Shown here: positions 58,466-64,000 of the stretch, one piece after another
Position numbering within the stretch: the stretch's first letter is position 1
Layout: every line of letters starts with the position of its first letter
From: an uncultured Verrucomicrobiae bacterium
Lineage (GTDB): Bacteria; Verrucomicrobiota; Verrucomicrobiia; Chthoniobacterales; Chthoniobacteraceae
Direction: 5' to 3'
Length of the DNA stretch: 64,000 nucleotides
NCBI GenBank assembly: GCA_963769025.1
Contig: CAVYKI010000002.1
Location: forward strand, 1-64,000
Position numbers and translations under genes: made by a program
The notes under the pieces: generated by a model
The model's database searches: none
What the model saw: only the letters and a program-made list of their open reading frames with translations
What the model was told of the DNA's origin: nothing

Positions 58466-59491
58466 CTACTCCTTCTGTTTGGTGCCGGGGCGTGGGAGGT
58501 CGCGGAGGAGCGGTTCGATGGCGTGCATGATGTCGTCGATCGCCTCGCGGTTGCCCGCTTCCTTGGCCTCACGCAGACGTTTGAGCGCACCTTCGAGACG
58601 CTCGCGCAATTCGGGGTTGTCGGTCCGTTTGGCGACCTCGCCGATTGCTCGCATCCGCTTTTCCAATCCTTCGGCGCCAGCGGGAGCCGAGCCTTCATCG
58701 GGGCGCCTGGCTTCCGAGGCGCCGCGTGAAGGTTCCTGGTTCTCACGCAGTTTTCCCATCTGCTTCTGGAGCCGCTCGCGCTGCTCGGGGTCGGTGGTGC
58801 GCTCGATCGCTTCCGCGATTTCGCGCATCTCCTGATCGATGCCGTCACGCTTCCGCTCGGAGCCTTCGGCACGTTTCGCCTTCTCCGGCTCACGCGAGCC
58901 GCGCTCTTCGCGGAGATGACGCAGCATTCCTTCGAGCTGCCTTTTCGCTTCCTCCCCACGGCCGTGCTTCACCGCTTGCTCGACCTGTTCCAGCTTTTCC
59001 ACCAGTTCGCGGGGGGGCTCACCACCCCCGGACCGCTTCCCAATTCCCCGTCTTACCTGCTCGAACATTTCGCGCACATCGCCCCCAGCCGCGCCGCCGC
59101 GTGAAGTGACGGCCTTCTTCGCGAGGCCCTGCACTTTTTCAAATTGCTCGGGCGTGAGCACCTTGCGCATCGCGATCCGTGCGCGAAACTGGAGCATCTT
59201 CATCTCGTTCTCCGCCTGGAGCAACCTCTCGAAGCTGCCCATCACCTTATCCTGATCGACGGGATTCTGCGCGACCTCGATCTTCTCACCGCTTTCGCGC
59301 AACTCCTCGGCGATGCGATCCATCTCGCGCACTTGGTCCTCGTTCAGGCCGAGCGCTTCGCGATTCTTCAGGTAAAAATCGAGCGGGAGAAAAATAATGC
59401 CGTGTGCGACGGTGGCGCGCGATGGCTCCGCCGCGTGATGGATCAATCGCGTCAGCAGAGTCGCGACCAGGCAGAGCAGGGGAGGGGGCAA
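58466..59491 (-). CDS. Hypothetical Spy/CpxP-like protein with charged helical C-terminus
   Basis: REALGLNEDQ and RKVLTPEQ LTxxQ-type motifs; start uncertain. Confidence 0.55.
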   Translation of the reverse strand: MPPPLLCLVATLLTRLIHHAAEPSRATVAHGIIFLPLDFYLKNREALGLNEDQVREMDRIAEELRESGEKIEVAQNPVDQDKVMGSFERLLQAENEMKMLQFRARIAMRKVLTPEQFEKVQGLAKKAVTSRGGAAGGDVREMFEQVRRGIGKRSGGGEPPRELVEKLEQVEQAVKHGRGEEAKRQLEGMLRHLREERGSREPEKAKRAEGSERKRDGIDQEMREIAEAIERTTDPEQRERLQKQMGKLRENQEPSRGASEARRPDEGSAPAGAEGLEKRMRAIGEVAKRTDNPELRERLEGALKRLREAKEAGNREAIDDIMHAIEPLLRDLPRPGTKQKE

Positions 59492-59534
59492 GTGCGCAGA
59501 TTCGAGCTCATGAAGGGGGATTTGCCGTGGTGGG

Positions 59535-61073
59535 TCAGCCCTTCAAGGCATCCTTCGCGCGCTGGGTAACGTCGTTGTCCGGCATCTGCGTGCCGTGCAG
59601 AAAATGCACGGAGGTTGCAAGCAGGTGAGGGCGCCAGCGCGGGCTGACCCAGTCGCGGTTCTCGAAAATCGCGATGGGGAATTTGATGTCATGTGCATTG
59701 ATCGTCGCCTTTGTGATGAGCAACCGGCGCGCAGTGGCGACGAATTCGCCCGAGTCGCCGTGCAGCTTTCCATAGGCGAGCGCGAGTTGGGACGCCTGAT
59801 CCTGGCCCGAGCGATCCTCGATCTCCTGTTGGAACGGACGTGGCGGCAGCAATGCGAAGATGCTTCCCAACGCAGCACCGGGCGCGGGCGGAAGCTCCAC
59901 TTGCGCCATGTCGGTCAGCTTCATGTCACGCAGCATCCCGCGATCCGCTTCGTTTTTTGTGAATGCCGCCGCCCATGCTGCCGCCTGAAGCACGATGAGG
60001 AATCGTGTGCGCCCGTCCGCGCAGACCTTGAAGAGGTGATGCAACGCATTGCTGGCGGTGTTGGAGTGCAGGGCGCGGTTGGCGATCCGGATGTTGCCCA
60101 GTTTGAAACGGATCATGAATTCCCCGCAGGCGAGGTGCACCGCATCCCATACCGTGCCTGCCTGGACCCAGCGCTCGGAGAGCCCGCGGGCCACCCACTG
60201 GCTGACTTGATTCCAACTGCCGAGACGGATGATCCGGAGCAGTTCGAGGGTCGCCTTTTCATCGCTGCGGCTGTCCGCCCAGTCGGGCGGGAGCTTCTCG
60301 AAGCGCTGCTTCACCTGCTCGCGGTTGAAGTCATACGACTGGCCCTCCGTGCGCTTGGAATTCCACTGATGCAACTCGCGGACGAGATAGCGCAGCGTCG
60401 GCTCGGCGTGCTGCTCGCCAATGACGCGCAGCGTGCGCCACGCGTTCGACACCGCGATGGGCATGTGTCCGATGAAACTCCAGTCGCGCGCCGCGTAGTG
60501 GCAGAACCGCTGCAGCGCGGCACCGGTGCCTTCGCTCCGCGCGAGCGCAATCACCGCCCTCTCGGCGCGTTCCTGTTCCCAGGCATCCATCGCCGCGTGG
60601 AATTCGGCAGCCGCACTTTCCGACGGTGGCAGCGGCCCCGCGAGTGGCGGCGCGGGCTTTTCCTTAAACCGCGCGATGTGCTCCTTCACCACGTCCACCG
60701 CCCAGAACAGCGGCAGCAGTCGCTCGCCGGGTTGGACCTGGCTGCTCAGTTCCAGCGCGGCATGAACGAGGTAAACCGTGTGATGTCCGTCGTGCCGCAT
60801 CGCGTGCAGAAACGCCGCCGCCATCAGCTCCCGAAACGGCACGCCCTTCCGCAACTGGCCCGCGAGCATCTCCACGCACTTCTCGCGCGGCGTGTTCTCG
60901 ATCAATTTCACGAGCGGCAGAATCTCCGGACGCAACTGCACAAGGTCGGGCGTCACCACCGCCTCCGCCGCCGTCAGCGGACTGAACGGCAGCAATCCTT
61001 GGAGACTGCCGATGCCAACGGCGGTGCCGGTCAGGCGGAAAAAATTTCGCCGATTGATGTCTGGGTTTCTCAT
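59535..61073 (-). CDS. Hypothetical Tat-exported helical protein with spaced His motifs
   Basis: INRRNFF Tat signal; GHHTVYLVHA, IGHMPI, ALHSNT, NAHDIKF. Confidence 0.7.
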   Translation of the reverse strand: MRNPDINRRNFFRLTGTAVGIGSLQGLLPFSPLTAAEAVVTPDLVQLRPEILPLVKLIENTPREKCVEMLAGQLRKGVPFRELMAAAFLHAMRHDGHHTVYLVHAALELSSQVQPGERLLPLFWAVDVVKEHIARFKEKPAPPLAGPLPPSESAAAEFHAAMDAWEQERAERAVIALARSEGTGAALQRFCHYAARDWSFIGHMPIAVSNAWRTLRVIGEQHAEPTLRYLVRELHQWNSKRTEGQSYDFNREQVKQRFEKLPPDWADSRSDEKATLELLRIIRLGSWNQVSQWVARGLSERWVQAGTVWDAVHLACGEFMIRFKLGNIRIANRALHSNTASNALHHLFKVCADGRTRFLIVLQAAAWAAAFTKNEADRGMLRDMKLTDMAQVELPPAPGAALGSIFALLPPRPFQQEIEDRSGQDQASQLALAYGKLHGDSGEFVATARRLLITKATINAHDIKFPIAIFENRDWVSPRWRPHLLATSVHFLHGTQMPDNDVTQRAKDALKG

Positions 61074-61262
61074 CGTGCGAGGGTGCTTGCTTCGAGTTTG
61101 ACGCTGGTTGGTCGCATCTGGCTGGCAACGCTCACGCAGCTTTGGAAACCCCAAAACGTTCCGGTGATAGGGACTGAACTCCAGGTCGGGGATGCCGAAA
61201 TGAGCAGACGAGGGCCAGGGCTTTCATTGGCAACGCAGAGTTTTTACAGAGCTGGAGCAGGG

Positions 61263-63389
61263 CTATTCGATGCGATAGGCGCCGGCTGCCATAGGCGCCA
61301 TGTTAAGAGCGATTGAGCCATTGGTGACAGACAGTTTCGTGCCGTCCGCCAGATTGGTCGCGGTTGCATTGCCGATGCCCTCGATCCGGACGGTTGCCTG
61401 CTCGGGGCCGCGCGAGTCATTGGCGATGATGAGGAACTTCTGCTTCCCGGACTGCTTGAAGGCGACGTGGATCGCGCGGTTGTGTCGCGTGAACGTGACG
61501 CATTTCTCGTCATTGGGGATGAGCAGTACGTTTTCGATGGCGACCAGTTCCTTCATTGCAGTGCGGAGGATTTCGAGGTCCGCCGGGCTGTTCTTTGTGC
61601 ACCAGAGCTTCTGTCCCTCGGGCGTTTCCCGCCGGTAGTCCCATGCATAGATGCCGATGCCATCCGCTCCCGCTGCGATGCTCAGGTAGAGCATGCAGCG
61701 CAGTTCGGTCAGGGCCGGGCGTTTGTCGTCGCCCGGGGAATCGTATTGGTCGAGCAATGTCCAGACGGGTTTCAGATTCGCGACCGCCCGTCGTGCCGCA
61801 ATCGTCGCATCGGCGACCATCCGCAGTGAGACGAGCGGAATGGGGTACGGGTCGCACGCCAGGAAATCGAGACCCTCCGCAGTCTCGCTCATGCGCGAAA
61901 GATTGTTTTGCGGACAAAGGATCGGGACTTCGGCATTGATCATTTTGATCGCGTTGTAGCTGTCGATCATCTTGTCGAGGGAAACGCCCCAGGGCTCGTC
62001 ATACGCGGCCCACGCACCGAGAGCGGGATGATCCTTGAAAAGAAAAACGGGCCCGAGCACCGATATGCGGGCCGGGATGATCAATTGGATGCCCGCCTTT
62101 TGGGCTGCGTCCAGGGCGCTCTTCATATGGGCATGTTCCGCTGCGGACTTTCTGCCGAAATCGAGAAACGGACTGCCCGGAGCGCGCGGCGTGATGTAGT
62201 GAAAACCCATGTCCGCGATCTGTTGGAAGTCCTCCGGATAGGCGTGATACATGACGAACGGAAAGATGGTCTTCCCGTTCACCGAGATGCGCCTGTCCGG
62301 ACGGATGATGATCCGCTTGTCCGCGGCCACGCTGCCGTTCGTCACGCGCGTCATGCGTGAATACACCTCCTTGTGCCCGGCACTCACGCGCACGTGGATG
62401 TTGAAGTAGTCGTTGTTCCAGCCTTTGCGCTCCAACTCGACGAACTTGTCTTCCGGCCCCGTCAGCGTCCCGCGATAGGCCACCATCGCCGCTCCGGTGG
62501 GATACTCCCACGTCACGGAAGTTTGCAGCGGATACGGAAGGTCTGAACCCAGGTGGGTATATTGCAACACCACGCGCTTTTGATACGGCAGCTGATGCAC
62601 GTAAACCTCCAGCGGTCTCGCCGGTCCGATGGCCCGCGCGACACCCGAAACACGCACTGGCCCCACCAGCACCTTGTTCCTGCCTTTGAACAGCAGCAAG
62701 GGCGCGGCGGGATCGACCTGCATGCGCGCGTCATCGCCCGTCCGCGTCAGATACCGGACGCGATCTTCGCTGCCGTCGATCCATGTGCGAATCACACGGC
62801 GATCCGCGTCGTAAGTCACCGCCAGATGCGCCCACTGACCGGTGGGGATGGAAGTGGCGCCGCCAAATGCCTCATCGTTCACCGGCGAGTAATTGAGTTG
62901 GCGCTTGTCGGTCGTCACCATCGGGTATCGGGGAAAAACCATGCGCTGATTGTCCAAGGCGAGCGTCTTGTTGAGCTGGAAGGCGAAGGAACCGTCCTTC
63001 GCTGCGACGCTGCCCCACGCGCTCGTGCCATCGGCGGGAGACGAGGCATTCAGCCACGCTTCAATCGTGAATCCCTTCTCGAAACGGAACCGCCCGCCAT
63101 CCTCGACAGAGATCCAATGTTCCTCATCCGCCGCACATTCAACGGCGTGTCCAAACGTGTCGTCGGCCACGATCCTGGTGCCATAACTTTTCACGGCCGC
63201 TCCATGGGCAGCATCTTCCAACTTCGAACCGTCCTCGCTGACTCGCAGAAGCAACTGCGTTTGCCCATCCAGCAAAGGCATCAGCGATCTTTTCGCTTCG
63301 GCGCCAATAGTGACGGTCGCTCCAAGCACAAGCACGCTGGCGAGCCGGAGAGCGAGTGCGGTGGAAACCAAGAAGGTTCGAGTTTTCAT
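61263..63389 (-). CDS. Secreted LamG/ConA-like domain + glycoside hydrolase-like TIM barrel protein
   Basis: Signal peptide; [18 protein letters not shown] (LamG); [25 protein letters not shown]. Confidence 0.7.
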   Translation of the reverse strand: MKTRTFLVSTALALRLASVLVLGATVTIGAEAKRSLMPLLDGQTQLLLRVSEDGSKLEDAAHGAAVKSYGTRIVADDTFGHAVECAADEEHWISVEDGGRFRFEKGFTIEAWLNASSPADGTSAWGSVAAKDGSFAFQLNKTLALDNQRMVFPRYPMVTTDKRQLNYSPVNDEAFGGATSIPTGQWAHLAVTYDADRRVIRTWIDGSEDRVRYLTRTGDDARMQVDPAAPLLLFKGRNKVLVGPVRVSGVARAIGPARPLEVYVHQLPYQKRVVLQYTHLGSDLPYPLQTSVTWEYPTGAAMVAYRGTLTGPEDKFVELERKGWNNDYFNIHVRVSAGHKEVYSRMTRVTNGSVAADKRIIIRPDRRISVNGKTIFPFVMYHAYPEDFQQIADMGFHYITPRAPGSPFLDFGRKSAAEHAHMKSALDAAQKAGIQLIIPARISVLGPVFLFKDHPALGAWAAYDEPWGVSLDKMIDSYNAIKMINAEVPILCPQNNLSRMSETAEGLDFLACDPYPIPLVSLRMVADATIAARRAVANLKPVWTLLDQYDSPGDDKRPALTELRCMLYLSIAAGADGIGIYAWDYRRETPEGQKLWCTKNSPADLEILRTAMKELVAIENVLLIPNDEKCVTFTRHNRAIHVAFKQSGKQKFLIIANDSRGPEQATVRIEGIGNATATNLADGTKLSVTNGSIALNMAPMAAGAYRIE

Positions 63390-63531
63390 GGGAGGGGATG
63401 GGTAAAGAGAAACGCGAGTGGCGGAATCCGCACAGGAACAGCAACCCGTGATCGGGGTCTAACCGGACAGCAGCGACACCCCGAACGGTGCCGTGTCGTT
63501 CGCTGACGATTGAATTTTTTCACGTTGCAGA

Positions 63532-64000
63532 TCACACGAGAATTTTCCGCAACACGTCGCCCGCGACATCGGTGAGGCGGTAGCGGCGGCCGTTGTGGAA
63601 ATAGGTGAGCCTGTTTGTGATCGATGCCGAGCAGGTGCAGCATCGTGGCGTGGAGGTCGTGGACGGAGACGCGGTCCACGGCGGCGCGGTAGCCGATGTC
63701 GTCGAGTTCGCCGTAGCTCACGCCGCGCTTGATGCCCGCGCCGGTCATGAACATGCCGAAGCCGTTCGGATTGTGGTCGCGTCCGCCGTTGCCCTGCGAG
63801 ACGGGCATGCGCCCGAATTCGCCGCCCCAGATGACGAGCGTTTCGTTGATGAGTCCGCGTGCGCTTGAGGTCGGTGAGCAGCGCGTGAATCGGCTTGTCG
63901 GTCGCGCGGCAGTGGCCGCGGTGATTGCCGTTCAGGTCGCTGTGCGCGTCCCATTCGCCGTCGCTGTAGACCTGCACGAAGCGCACGCCGCGTTCGACGA
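63532..64000 (-). CDS. DUF1501 domain protein, C-terminal part (runs off the window; frameshifted)
   Basis: [49 protein letters not shown]. Confidence 0.9.

Overview
High-GC bacterial chromosome segment. Gene content (PSD1/DUF1549-DUF1553 cytochrome c protein, two DUF1501 genes, C/A-rich leaders without Shine-Dalgarno sites) points to the PVC superphylum, most likely Verrucomicrobia (inference). Many conserved genes (aroC, gatB, cstA, ahcY, metK, recQ, ldhA, gpsA) are split by 1-bp indels, most simply explained as long-read consensus errors. 1-29.8 kb is mostly housekeeping: recJ, aroC-cvpA-gatB, cstA, metK-ahcY, recQ, a PSD1-DUF1501 operon interrupted by a 4-gene cargo insert, phyH-like dioxygenase, ffh-rpsP-khpA and tRNA-Glu. 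The PSD1-DUF1501 locus carries several short repeat families, including a 160-bp element with 35-bp inverted termini inserted in frame inside the coding sequence. Downstream of tRNA-Glu (about 29.8-58.4 kb) is an accessory-looking region: PAS-GAF kinase plus sigma-54 activator, a divergent operon (mini-HPF, receiver, DUF1232-like, two USPs, CBM48, AAA_28, ppsA), a persulfide-handling cassette bracketed by a diverged duplicate of the ppsA 3' end, P-type ATPase, ldhA, gpsA, lactate permease, CoA-persulfide reductase-rhodanese, exoD and two CPA2 antiporters. This region also holds several collapsed genes and mini-ORFs that keep their start, stop and translational coupling. The window ends in a DUF1501 / LamG-glycoside hydrolase-like / Tat-protein locus. 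No CRISPR array, rRNA, integrase or transposase was seen. All family calls come from motif recognition, not database searches.
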